This document shows positions 1 to 9,380 of a DNA stretch of 20,451 nt, piece after piece (position 1 is the stretch's first letter; each line of letters starts with the position of its first letter). The notes beneath the pieces are model-generated. The model was not told the origin of the DNA and searched no databases. It saw only the letters and a program-made list of their open reading frames with translations. The DNA is from Abditibacteriaceae bacterium (GTDB taxonomy: Bacteria; Armatimonadota; Abditibacteriia; Abditibacteriales; Abditibacteriaceae): positions 1-20,451 of the forward strand of contig JANMKN010000363.1 in the NCBI GenBank assembly GCA_031372065.1, written 5' to 3'. The translations under genes were made by a program, and so were the position numbers.

Positions 1-2
1 CG

Positions 3-815
3 GCTTATATCGCGTGGGGCGCCGCCGAAAAAGCGAATTTAACATGGAGTTTTAGCGGCCATGCACGCGATATTTTTGTGAATGGCGGCGATTTAGCGGG
101 CAAATTGGCTTCAGCAGAATTCGCCGCCGTTTGCACGCGCGCCGCCGCTCGGCAACTTGAAAACAGCGCGCCCACACAGCGCGACAAAATAATTTATGCG
201 CCGCATGGCATTGAAGCGCAAGAAATTGAATTTAGCGACTGGAATGTTCCGCCTTTTGCCCAACTTCTGGCTGTGGGGCGCTTGGTTGAGAAAAAAGGTT
301 TTGATGTTTTGCTCGACGCGTGTGCCATTTTGCAAGCACAAAACTTCCCCTTCGCGGCGCGCATTATCGGCGACGGGCCGTTGCGCGAAAAATTGATGCA
401 GCGGCGTAATCGCTTGAATTTGCATAATTCGGTGTATCTTACCGGCGCGTTGCCGCAAAGCGAAACGATAACCGCAATGTGCAAATCATCGTGCTTGGTT
501 GTGCCAGCCTTGATCGCCGCCGATGGTGACCGCGATGGATTGCCGAATGTGATTTTGGAAGCGGCGGCCTGCGGCTTGCCAATTGTGGCGACGCGCACCG
601 GCGCCATCGAAGAATTTGTGGATGAAAGCACTGGCGTCTTATGCAAAGCGGGCCGCGCCGAAGCGTTAGCGGCGGCAGTTGCCTCGGTTTTTGCCGAGCG
701 CGATCAAACCGAAAAACGCCGACACGCCGCGCGGCAACGCGTCGAAGACAACTTTGACCTGATGAAAAACGCCGCTCCTTTAGCAGCTGCCTTGAAAAAA
801 ACAACTCCCGTGTGA
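3..815 (+). CDS. GT4-family glycosyltransferase (WcaL-like), 5' end outside the window
   Basis: The frame is open from base 3 (AYIAWGAAEKANLTWSFSGHARDIFV...), so the ORF-track start at 78 is internal. GT-B motifs present: VGRLVEKKGFD, IIGDGPL, DGDRDGLPNVILEAAACGLPIVAT. Confidence 0.9.
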   Translation, partial: AYIAWGAAEKANLTWSFSGHARDIFVNGGDLAGKLASAEFAAVCTRAAARQLENSAPTQRDKIIYAPHGIEAQEIEFSDWNVPPFAQLLAVGRLVEKKGFDVLLDACAILQAQNFPFAARIIGDGPLREKLMQRRNRLNLHNSVYLTGALPQSETITAMCKSSCLVVPALIAADGDRDGLPNVILEAAACGLPIVATRTGAIEEFVDESTGVLCKAGRAEALAAAVASVFAERDQTEKRRHAARQRVEDNFDLMKNAAPLAAALKKTTPV

Positions 816-970
816 ACTGTTTTGTGGCGCGTGGCGCGATGTTTTCTCGATACTTTTGTGAAGTATTTGGGCCATAAGCCTTGAACACTTCGCCTACAAA
901 TGATGTGCAAAATCCATTGCGCTCAATGCCGGAGCGAAAAAGTTCGCTCCTCACAAACGCACTTGTCTTA

Positions 971-1134
971 GAATCAGTTTGAAAAGTCGGAACTTAATTC
1001 CTCTCCCCTCCGGGGAGAGGTTAGGTGAGGGGCAAGAGGTCGCTTGCGACCTCTTCTGATGCAAGAAACCCCTCACCCCAACCCTCTCCCCCAACCGCTG
1101 CGCTGGGGAGAGGGAGAACTTTGCAAACTAATTC
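971..1134. mobile_element. Non-autonomous MITE-like element (164 bp) with internal REP-like hairpins
   Basis: 17-bp terminal inverted repeats GAATCAGTTTGAAAAGT (971-987) / ACTTTGCAAACTAATTC (1118-1134), 15/17 match. Flanked by direct TTA (968-970, 1135-1137). No ORF inside. Confidence 0.7.
1000..1114. repeat. Inverted pair of CCCCTCACC...CCTCTCCCC REP-like units around a central perfect palindrome
   Basis: CCTCTCCCC-tcc-GGGGAGAGG (1000-1020) plus TTAGGTGAGGGG; AAGAGGTCGC-tt-GCGACCTCTT (1034-1055); CCCCTCACCCCAACCCTCTCCCC...GGGGAGAGGG (1069-1114). Confidence 0.8.
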
Positions 1135-1371
1135 TTAGTAGGGTGCGTGGTTTTCTTTTTGTGCGCCCGTTTCGTTGCCGCCAGCGCAACCGCCGCTTTC
1201 ATGCCGGTCTTATTTCGTAGGCTTTCGCCAAAAGCAATGAGACAGCCCTACGTGAACTATCCGTCTCATTTCTGAAGACACCAACAGATTTGGTGCTAAT
1301 TAGGCCTTGCGGATTGCAAATGCCATTGCACATCGAACTTTCGAGTGCGCTGCGTTCTCCAATCTGCGACC

Positions 1372-4300
1372 ATGAAAAACCGCTTTTTCGTTTTTGTCGC
1401 TCTTATTCTTCTTACTGCCGCCAGCTACGCCAATACTTTGCGCGGCCTTGTGCTTTTGCCGGATGGCAAACCGGCAGTGGGTGCCGAAGTTGTGCTGATA
1501 AATGGCACTGGTGATGAAGACCAGCCGTTGGTGACTGCTATAGCGCAGGCAGATGGCACCTTTGCCATTAAAAGCACAGACCTTTCATTTGATACGCCGG
1601 AAGACAGTCACGATTTTGTAGCGCATTTATCTGGTTATGGCTTGACGTGGCGCAAAACGGTGCAACCCGGTATTTTCACGCTGCGCTTGGCCCCGTCCGG
1701 CCCGCGCGTTTTGCGGGCACTTGATGAAGCCGGAAAACCAATTGCCAATTTTCAAGCCGCGCTTTATTTTTTGCATCGCCCTCATTTGCCGTGGGACGTT
1801 TGGGATGTGCTGGATTTGCCTGCATCGCTGGCAGAAAACTGGGCTTTGCACGCGTCAAATAACCAAGTGCGTTTAGTGACCACTCCGGCGCACCTCACTG
1901 CGCGTTGGCGTGTTACAGCACCCGGTTTCGCGCCGCAAAGTGTGATGGATACGGGCGCTGCAAAAATTAACGTCAGGCTGCAACGCGCGGCCACAGTGCG
2001 CGGCAAAATTACTGGTGATGGTCCGTTGCCGCCGAACTTGAAAATCAACGCCTCGGTTTCCATTAAAACCGACCCGACGGGCTGGTTAGATGCTTGGGGA
2101 AAGACTATTCCTGTGACGCCGGAGGGCACATTTGAAATTGCTATGCTGCCCGGCAAGGCGAATTTTCGTATTGTGCGCGATTGGTTGTCGCCAAGACAAT
2201 TCGAGGGCGAAACGAGCGTGGAAATTAAAAGTGGCGCCATCCAGGACATCGCCATTTCGTCGCACGCCATGAAAACGGGACCTATTCTGGCGCGCGTGAT
2301 GGATGATAGCGGCGCGCCAGTGCGCGGCGGGCGCTTTGTCGTTGGTGACCCTGCATTTTTGCGCCTGCCACCAACGGGTGACGATGGCATGACTCGGTTC
2401 TTCGCGGCACCCGGAAAAATGGAATTATTCGCTGACCCGCCGCCCGCTGGCTACCTGCGATCTGCCACTGACCCGCAAATGGATCGGCAAATTACGATTC
2501 CTGCTGGCGATGAGGCATTTCAGTTGCCCGATTTAGTGTTGCCCCGCGCCGCGCGAATGCAAGTGCGTGTTGTGTCGCCCACTGGCGAACCGTTGCCCGC
2601 TGTGTGGGTAGAATCCAGCGAGGATGCCGGACTGATTTACGGACACGATACGCTGCTCACCGATGACGTTGGCATCGCGCGTTTTACGCGACTTGACGGC
2701 AAAAAAGCGCAATTCGTGCGGGCGCACACGCCGCAAGGCTTCAGCGCAACATTAGCCGTGCCGCTGCCCTTGCCAAACAACGTGACTTTGACTTTTCGCC
2801 CTACTTTTACGCGCCTTGTGGTGCGCATTATGGACGATGCCGGGCAGCCTCTTTCCCACACAACAGTGACAGCGATGGCCCGCGACATCAGCGCCAAGCG
2901 CGACAACGAACCGAGTCAAGATATTCAATTAAAAACCGATGCGACAGGGCACCTTTTTAGCCCGCCTTTGCCGCCCCAAATGAGCTATCGTCTCAGCCTT
3001 GCACCGCCCGGCGTCGTTCCGTTATTGACGGCATGGCGTCCGGCACGCGGCGCGCAAATCGTGTTCGGCACTGTTGTTTTGCAACGACTGAATGGCGTTT
3101 TACGCGGCACCGTGCAAGACGCGCGCGGCAAGGCGCTTCAAGGCGTGCGCATATGGAGTCTCAGTGCCGAACATCTCAATGCCGCGCGCAAAACTATCAG
3201 TGATGTGCGCGGCGCGTTCAGACTCGACAAAATGCCAAAGCGCACTTTGTTGGTCTTTGCGCAAGACGCTAAAGGTGAAATTGACTACGCTTATGCGCCG
3301 CCGAACGCGAAGCTGAATTTACAATTGGGACACCGAAAGCGCGTCGCGCAAACAACCACATCTCAAGAGCGGCGCGCTTTAGCAAGGCGCTTGTTAAAGG
3401 CCACAATGCGCGAGGTGCAAAACGCCAAGCCCGGCGAGGCACGCATTAATAATCTGGCATATTTGGCGGCTCAATTGGCGCGCTGCGATGCCAATCGCGC
3501 CCGCCAACTGGTGGCGAGTTACCCCGAAGCGCGCGAGTATTTGCTGGCTGAACAATTTAGCCAAGCCCTCGAACGCGAGCCGCCGAACGTGACGCGCGCT
3601 ATGGCTTGTTGGAACGCACTCAAACCTGCCGAATGGCGAACTTATCGGCTCACTAATGAGACATGGAAATTGGCCGCGCACCATCCCGACGCGGCGCGGC
3701 TGCTTTTGCCCCTCGCTTTGCGAACGGCGCGTAGCACGAGCGATATTCCCGCGCGCCTTTCTCAACTCACGACCTTGCTGGGAACCTTGGCGAGGCTCCA
3801 CGATTCCGGCGTGCCACTTTTGCGCGCTGAAATCGAACATCTCGTCATACTTTTGCCGGACGACAGCGCGAAACTGAGTGCGCGCTTGAATTTAGCAGGC
3901 AATTTGGCGTTTTCTGATGTCGATGTCGCGCTGACGATGATCGAACCGCTCTCTAAGAGCGCAGAGCGCGCTCGTGTTATGCGCCAAATTGCTCGCCGCT
4001 TGGCGCCGCGCGATGCAGAACGCGCGATTCGCTTGGTGCGCGAAGCCGTTGTCGAAAACGATTCGCAATCCTATCTCGAAGCAAGCGATGAAGCAATGGC
4101 GCTACTTTGCCCAGCCATCGCCAAAACCAACTTGCCGCGCGCCATCGCGCTGACCAATTCGCTGCCACCGGGTTATCCTCGTGCGCTGGCGCACTTTCTG
4201 TTGGCACAACAGCAAGCCTCAAAAAGCAAAAAGCAAGCGCGCATCCAATTGGAGGCGGCAATTTTAGAAGCATCAAATTCCAAAGGCGTCGCCGCGTTGG

Positions 4301-4809
4301 AAACTGATGCTGGTTGGCGCGCTCCTGAAGAAAATTACGTTGTCCGCTCACAAGATCAGGAAAATCTCGACAGCCTGCGCCTGCTGTTAGCAAGGGCAGC
4401 GCGACGCTGGAATTTGCCAGGCGCTTCTGAACTGACTTTGCGGGCTTTGGCGAGCAACGCCGTCGGCACATTTTCGGCGGGCGGCGGTGACTATGTCATC
4501 CAACAGGATGCCGCTGCTACGATGGCCGCCGCGCAGATTCTGCCCGCTTATGCGCGCGACTGGGTTAAGGTTTATTGGCCGCGCGTGAAAGCGCGCGATA
4601 AAAATATAGGTTTGTGGACGTTGACCAATATGATGGTGGCCGCTGCGTTTAGCGACACGAAATTGTGTGAGAAAATCTGGCGCGAAATGCCCGCCGGCCA
4701 ACGTGCTTATTGCACTGGGGAATTCTACGAAATGATGCAGGCAGGCGATGCGAGTTTCGAGCGCGCAGTGCGAACCCATCTGCATCTGAATTACGATGCG
4801 AATATGTAA
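1372..4809 (+). CDS. Large secreted protein: repeated carboxypeptidase-regulatory-like beta-sandwich domains plus an alpha-helical C-terminal half
   Basis: ATG 1372 gives a signal peptide (MKNRFFVFVALILLTAASYA). About six repeats of the type VxDxxGxP (e.g. LRGLVLLPDGKPAVGAEV, LARVMDDSGAPVRGG, VVRIMDDAGQPLSHTTV, LRGTVQDARGKALQGVRI). C-terminus is Ala/Leu/Arg-rich and looks helical. Confidence 0.75.
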   Translation: MKNRFFVFVALILLTAASYANTLRGLVLLPDGKPAVGAEVVLINGTGDEDQPLVTAIAQADGTFAIKSTDLSFDTPEDSHDFVAHLSGYGLTWRKTVQPGIFTLRLAPSGPRVLRALDEAGKPIANFQAALYFLHRPHLPWDVWDVLDLPASLAENWALHASNNQVRLVTTPAHLTARWRVTAPGFAPQSVMDTGAAKINVRLQRAATVRGKITGDGPLPPNLKINASVSIKTDPTGWLDAWGKTIPVTPEGTFEIAMLPGKANFRIVRDWLSPRQFEGETSVEIKSGAIQDIAISSHAMKTGPILARVMDDSGAPVRGGRFVVGDPAFLRLPPTGDDGMTRFFAAPGKMELFADPPPAGYLRSATDPQMDRQITIPAGDEAFQLPDLVLPRAARMQVRVVSPTGEPLPAVWVESSEDAGLIYGHDTLLTDDVGIARFTRLDGKKAQFVRAHTPQGFSATLAVPLPLPNNVTLTFRPTFTRLVVRIMDDAGQPLSHTTVTAMARDISAKRDNEPSQDIQLKTDATGHLFSPPLPPQMSYRLSLAPPGVVPLLTAWRPARGAQIVFGTVVLQRLNGVLRGTVQDARGKALQGVRIWSLSAEHLNAARKTISDVRGAFRLDKMPKRTLLVFAQDAKGEIDYAYAPPNAKLNLQLGHRKRVAQTTTSQERRALARRLLKATMREVQNAKPGEARINNLAYLAAQLARCDANRARQLVASYPEAREYLLAEQFSQALEREPPNVTRAMACWNALKPAEWRTYRLTNETWKLAAHHPDAARLLLPLALRTARSTSDIPARLSQLTTLLGTLARLHDSGVPLLRAEIEHLVILLPDDSAKLSARLNLAGNLAFSDVDVALTMIEPLSKSAERARVMRQIARRLAPRDAERAIRLVREAVVENDSQSYLEASDEAMALLCPAIAKTNLPRAIALTNSLPPGYPRALAHFLLAQQQASKSKKQARIQLEAAILEASNSKGVAALETDAGWRAPEENYVVRSQDQENLDSLRLLLARAARRWNLPGASELTLRALASNAVGTFSAGGGDYVIQQDAAATMAAAQILPAYARDWVKVYWPRVKARDKNIGLWTLTNMMVAAAFSDTKLCEKIWREMPAGQRAYCTGEFYEMMQAGDASFERAVRTHLHLNYDANM

Positions 4810-4871
4810 ACAATGTGGCGCGGAAACGAAAAGGCTTTATCATCTCTCCAAAGGCTGGGGAGGCAAGGGTT

Positions 4872-5783
4872 ATGCGAATGAATCAATTTATCGTGCGGGG
4901 ACTACCGGGATTATCTCTGTTGGGGTTGCTGGCATTGGGTGGTTGCGGCGCCAGTGAAAATGCGGCGGAATCAACGGCTTCGATGCCGATGAGCGTGGCG
5001 GCAAGTGGTGAAGCGGCGCCTGCCACAAATGAAGCGACCAAAGCAGTTTCGGATGTGCCTGTTTCTCCGGCTGCGGCTACAGCGCAACTCGTGAAAGCAG
5101 CGGCGGCAGTGCCGCGCAAGATTATTTATAACGCGACGGTTGAACTCGTTTCCGATAACTTTTCGGTTGCGCAACAAAGTTTGCTGAAATTAGTGAAAAT
5201 CAGTCGCGGTTACGTTAGCGAAACCAACGTCAGCGGCACAACCGGCGCGCCACGGCAAGGTTCATGGAAAGTGCGCATCCCCGCCGATCAATTTGAATCG
5301 TTTATGTCTGCCGTTGCCAAACTGGGCGAATTGCAAACCACGCACACCGATTCGCAAGATGTGACCGAAGAATTCTACGATTTGCAAGCGCGCATTTCCA
5401 ACAAGCAAGTCGAAGAAAAACGCCTTATCGAACACCTCAAAAAGTCCACCGGCAAACTCAGCGAAATTCTCCAAGTTGAAAAAGAACTCAGCCGCGTGCG
5501 CGGCGAAATTGAACAAATGCAAGGCCGCGTGCGCTTGCTATCGAACCTGACGGCGCTGACGACAGTCACCGTTTCCATCCGCGAAGTGAAAGATTACGTC
5601 CCGCCCAAGCCAGCTACCTTCGGGACGCAAATCGCGCGCACCTTTCAAGAATCGCTTGGACAACTCGGTGGATTTGGCAAAGGTCTGGTGTTGTTATTTG
5701 TCGCACTGGCGCCGTGGTTCGTTGTGTTGTTGATTATCGGCGTGCCCGCTTGGGGTATCGCGCGGCGCCGCAAGAAAAATTGA
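4872..5783 (+). CDS. DUF4349-type lipoprotein with C-terminal transmembrane segment
   Basis: GGGGAGG RBS (4857-4863) before ATG 4872. Lipobox LALGGC. Family-like motifs [58 protein letters not shown]. Hydrophobic C-terminal helix followed by RRRKKN. Confidence 0.85.
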   Translation: MRMNQFIVRGLPGLSLLGLLALGGCGASENAAESTASMPMSVAASGEAAPATNEATKAVSDVPVSPAAATAQLVKAAAAVPRKIIYNATVELVSDNFSVAQQSLLKLVKISRGYVSETNVSGTTGAPRQGSWKVRIPADQFESFMSAVAKLGELQTTHTDSQDVTEEFYDLQARISNKQVEEKRLIEHLKKSTGKLSEILQVEKELSRVRGEIEQMQGRVRLLSNLTALTTVTVSIREVKDYVPPKPATFGTQIARTFQESLGQLGGFGKGLVLLFVALAPWFVVLLIIGVPAWGIARRRKKN

Positions 5784-5876
5784 TAGTGCGCTGTTGTTCA
5801 ACACCTTCAATCGTCGTTTAGCGATTCTCATTAACGAATCGCAAGGCAGAAGCACGCGCAAAGCTGGCAAAATTAG

Positions 5877-5922
5877 AATCCGCCAGATAGCGGATGGAGT
5901 TCTTCGCAAGACAGAACACACT
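5877..5922 (+). promoter_or_regulatory. Palindromic box 1 plus -10-like hexamer, upstream of pckG
   Basis: AATCCGCCAGATAGCGGATG (5877-5896), 20-nt gap, CACACT (5917-5922). Confidence 0.8.
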
Positions 5923-5928
5923 CCTCCC

Positions 5929-7797
5929 ATGATGAATGATGAACCGATCAATCAACAGGGAAGTGTCGCTGTGAACACGCCGATTTATGTCCGCCATGCC
6001 GCGTTGTCTGAGTGGGTGCGCCAGATGGCCGAGCTTTGCCAGCCCGATGCGGTTTATTGGTGCGATGGCTCGCCCGAAGAATACGAGCGCCTGTGCAATC
6101 AACTGGTCGAAAGTGGAACGTTTATTCGTTTGAATGACAAAGTGCGCCCACATAGCTTTTTGGCGCGCTCCGACCCCGACGATGTGGCGCGCGTCGAAGA
6201 CCGCACTTTCATTTGCAGCGTCAGCAAAACCGATGCGGGGCCGACCAACATTTGGATGGCGCCCAGAGAAATGAAAGAAACGCTGACGCATCTTTTTAAC
6301 GGCTGCATGAAAGGGCGCACGATGTATGTAGTGCCGTTTTCGATGGGGCCGTTGGGGTCGCCGATGGCACACATTGGCGTTGAAATCACTGATTCGCCTT
6401 ATGTTGTGGTCAACATGAAAATCATGACGCGCATGGGCCGCGCGGTTTTCGATGTGTTGGGCGAAAAAGGCGATTATATTCCGTGTATGCACTCAATTGG
6501 AATGCCCCTTGAAACCGGCCAGCAGGATGTGGCGTGGCCGTGCAACAAAGACAAAAAATACATTGTGCATTTCCCCGAAGGGCGCGCGATTTGGAGCTAT
6601 GGAAGTGGCTATGGCGGCAACGCGCTTTTAGGAAAGAAATGCTTCGCCCTTCGTATCGCTTCCAGCATGGCGCGCGATGAAGGCTGGCTGGCCGAGCATA
6701 TGCTGATTTTAGGCGTGGAATCGCCTGAAGGCGAAAAGACTTATGTGGCGGCAGCCTTTCCGTCAGCCTGCGGCAAAACCAACTTCGCGATGCTGATTCC
6801 ACCCAAAGCGATGGAAGGCTGGAAAGTGACGACAGTTGGCGATGACATCGCGTGGATTAAACCCGGCGCCGATGGAAAAATTTATGCCATTAATCCCGAA
6901 GCCGGTTACTTTGGCGTCGCACCCGGCACCTCTTACGCCACCAACCCGAACGCGATGGATTCCATGCGCGCCAACACCATCTTCACCAACGTCGCGCTCA
7001 CGGACGACGGTGATGTGTGGTGGGAAGGTATGACGGCAGAGAAGCCGGCGCACCTGATTGACTGGACAAGCGGGGAATGGACGCCTGATTGCGGGCGCAA
7101 AGCCGCGCATCCCAACGCGCGTTTCACGGCGCCGGCCAGCCAATGCCCGTGCGTTGATGCCGAAGCAGAAAACCCGCGTGGCGTGCCGATTAAAGCCTTT
7201 ATTTTCGGCGGACGGCGCGGCACTTTAATGCCACTGGTTTATCAAGCGTTCAACTGGACTTATGGCGTCTACTTAGCGGCCACCATAGGCAGTGAAACTA
7301 CGGCTGCCGCAGCGGGCGCCGTGGGCCATGTGCGGCGCGACCCGTTTGCCATGCTGCCGTTTTGCGGCTATCACATGGGCGATTATTTCAACCACTGGCT
7401 GCAATTTGGCCGAACCATTCCCAATCCGCCGCGCATTTTTGCCGTGAATTGGTTTCGCACCGATGACGAAGGTAAATTCCTCTGGCCCGGCTTCGGCGAG
7501 AATATGCGCGTGCTGAAATGGATCGTCGAGCGCGCCAACGGCCACGCGGTTAGCATCGAAGGCCCGATTGGTTGGATGCCGCGTTACGAGGACTTAGACT
7601 GGCGCGGACTGGAAGATTTCAAGAAATGCCAGTTCAACGAGCTGATGTCGGTTGATCGCGTCGAATGGAATGCGGAAATCCTTTCGCACGAAGAATTGTT
7701 CATCAAGCTCTACGACCGTTTGCCGAAGGAACTGCTCTCAATCCGCGACCTGACTCTTTCGAGCTTGTGGCGTTCGCCGGAACACTGGGAAATATAA
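5929..7797 (+). CDS. pckG: Phosphoenolpyruvate carboxykinase (GTP)
   Basis: Signatures [106 protein letters not shown]. Start 5929 or 5932 preferred over 5794. Confidence 0.97.
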   Translation: MMNDEPINQQGSVAVNTPIYVRHAALSEWVRQMAELCQPDAVYWCDGSPEEYERLCNQLVESGTFIRLNDKVRPHSFLARSDPDDVARVEDRTFICSVSKTDAGPTNIWMAPREMKETLTHLFNGCMKGRTMYVVPFSMGPLGSPMAHIGVEITDSPYVVVNMKIMTRMGRAVFDVLGEKGDYIPCMHSIGMPLETGQQDVAWPCNKDKKYIVHFPEGRAIWSYGSGYGGNALLGKKCFALRIASSMARDEGWLAEHMLILGVESPEGEKTYVAAAFPSACGKTNFAMLIPPKAMEGWKVTTVGDDIAWIKPGADGKIYAINPEAGYFGVAPGTSYATNPNAMDSMRANTIFTNVALTDDGDVWWEGMTAEKPAHLIDWTSGEWTPDCGRKAAHPNARFTAPASQCPCVDAEAENPRGVPIKAFIFGGRRGTLMPLVYQAFNWTYGVYLAATIGSETTAAAAGAVGHVRRDPFAMLPFCGYHMGDYFNHWLQFGRTIPNPPRIFAVNWFRTDDEGKFLWPGFGENMRVLKWIVERANGHAVSIEGPIGWMPRYEDLDWRGLEDFKKCQFNELMSVDRVEWNAEILSHEELFIKLYDRLPKELLSIRDLTLSSLWRSPEHWEI

Positions 7798-9378
7798 ATG
7801 CCCGAAAACCAAGCGGCTCGTGAGCAACTGGCGGCAATTTTAGAAGCTTCGGACGACGCCATTATCGGCATCACGCCGGAGGGCATCGTTTCCGGTTGGA
7901 GCCGCAGCGCCGGGGAAATCTTTGGCTACAGCGCGACTGAAATTATTGGGCAGCCTCTGTCGCTGTTGTCGCCGCGTGATTTGGTGCGAGAAGGCCGCGA
8001 AATCATGCGCCAAATCGCGGCTGGCGAAGCAGTTGGGCGCTTTGAAACCGTGCGCGTGGCCAAAGATGGCAGCCGGCTGGACGTGCGAATGTCGCTCACG
8101 CCACTGCGCGACGAATCCGGCGCGGTTTCCGGCGCTGTAGCTCTCGTGCGCGACATCTCGGCACGCCGCGAAGCCGAACGCGCTGTGCGAGAAATGGAAG
8201 CCGGCGCCCATAACCGGGCTGTCGTTTTAGAAACGGCCAATCGTGTCGCGTTGGATATTCTCACCAGCCGCACCGGCGCCGAAGCTCTGCGCCACATCGC
8301 CGACGCGGCGCGCGTTTTAGTCGGCGCTCGTTATGCGGCATTGGGCGTGGCGCGTGAGCATGGCGGCGGCTTGAAACAGTTCATCGCCGTAGGTCTCACG
8401 CCTGAGGAAGAAGCCGCCATCGGCTCGTTGCCGCGCGGGCATGGCATTTTAGGACTGCTGCTCGAACGCCGTGAGCCGTTGCGAATAGATAAAATCGGCG
8501 CCCATCCCGCTTCGGTCGGTTTTCCGGCCAATCATCCGCCGATGGATTCGTTTTTGGGCGTGCCGATTCGGCGCGGCGAAGTGATTTTAGGCAGTCTTTA
8601 TCTCACCAACAAGCAAGGCGGCGGCTCGTTCACCGAAGCCGACGAGGCTGCGGTTCAGGCTTTGGGCGCGCACGCGGCCATTGCCATCTACAACTCGCAA
8701 TTGCTGGCGCAGCAGCGTTCTCTGGTTTCCAGCCTCATCACCGCGCAGGAAGACGAGCATCGCGCCGTCGCTTACGATTTGCACGACGGCCTAACGCAAT
8801 ATGTGATGGCGTCACACGCGCATTTGGAAGCCTTCAAGCGCGCCCACGCGACCGGAAAAGCCGAAAAAGCCGCACGCGAATTAGAACAGGGCTTGCAGTT
8901 CTTGAAGGAAGCTGTGGTCGAATCGCGCCGACTGGTCAACGGTCTGCGCCTGCTGGCATTGGACGACTTGGGCTTAGCCGGCGCGCTGGAGCAACTGCTG
9001 CACGATGAAAAAAACCGCGCCGGCTGGGAAGACGCCGGCTTAATTCATAATCTTGGCGATGCGCGCTTCGACCGCACGCTGGAAACCGGCGTTTATCGCA
9101 TCGCGCAGGAAGCCCTGACCAACGCGCGCCGCCATGCCGAAACGCCGCGCGTAGAAATGAAACTGTTGCTGGGCGATGGGCAATTGCTGCTCGAAGCGCG
9201 CGATTGGGGTCAGGGCTTCAATACGAAAGAGCGCGTTGGCGCGCCCGGCCATGCTGGTTTGCAGGGCATCATCGAGCGCGTGCATTTATTAAGCGGAACG
9301 CTGGAACTGCATTCGATGCCCGGCATCGGCACCACGCTACGCGCCCGCTTTCCGGCGTCGCCCGGAGAAAGTGACTAA
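7798..9378 (+). CDS. Soluble PAS-GAF-HisKA_3 sensor histidine kinase with DosS/DevS-like heme GAF
   Basis: PAS domain (ILEASDDAIIG...AGEIFGYSATEIIGQP...KDGSR). GAF with HPASVGFPANHPPMDSFLGVPI and GSLYLT. H-box AYDLHDGLTQ, N-box RIAQEALTNARRHA, DWGQGF, GLQGIIERV. No transmembrane segment. Confidence 0.92.
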   Translation: MPENQAAREQLAAILEASDDAIIGITPEGIVSGWSRSAGEIFGYSATEIIGQPLSLLSPRDLVREGREIMRQIAAGEAVGRFETVRVAKDGSRLDVRMSLTPLRDESGAVSGAVALVRDISARREAERAVREMEAGAHNRAVVLETANRVALDILTSRTGAEALRHIADAARVLVGARYAALGVAREHGGGLKQFIAVGLTPEEEAAIGSLPRGHGILGLLLERREPLRIDKIGAHPASVGFPANHPPMDSFLGVPIRRGEVILGSLYLTNKQGGGSFTEADEAAVQALGAHAAIAIYNSQLLAQQRSLVSSLITAQEDEHRAVAYDLHDGLTQYVMASHAHLEAFKRAHATGKAEKAARELEQGLQFLKEAVVESRRLVNGLRLLALDDLGLAGALEQLLHDEKNRAGWEDAGLIHNLGDARFDRTLETGVYRIAQEALTNARRHAETPRVEMKLLLGDGQLLLEARDWGQGFNTKERVGAPGHAGLQGIIERVHLLSGTLELHSMPGIGTTLRARFPASPGESD

Positions 9379-9380
9379 AA

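Noticed and set aside
1128..1202. Minus-strand 24-codon ORF (MKAAVALAATKRAHKKK...)
   Set aside because: No RBS, ends inside the MITE terminus, and has no recognisable similarity.
4822..4850. GGAAAC as an ECF sigma -35 for the DUF4349 gene
   Set aside because: No convincing -10 at the expected spacing and only one instance.
5821..5842. GCGATTC/GAATCGC hairpin after the DUF4349 gene
   Set aside because: A 7-bp stem without a U-tract, which could be chance.
4710..5928. ORF-track starts at 4710 and 5794 (also 1345, 10056, 11882, 16848)
   Set aside because: These extensions overlap upstream genes or promoter boxes, or lack an RBS. The downstream starts give proper signal peptides, an RBS or family-typical N-termini.
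8533..8552. CATCCGCCGATGG inside the kinase gene as a sixth box
   Set aside because: Only the left half matches, and it is explained by the HPPM codons.
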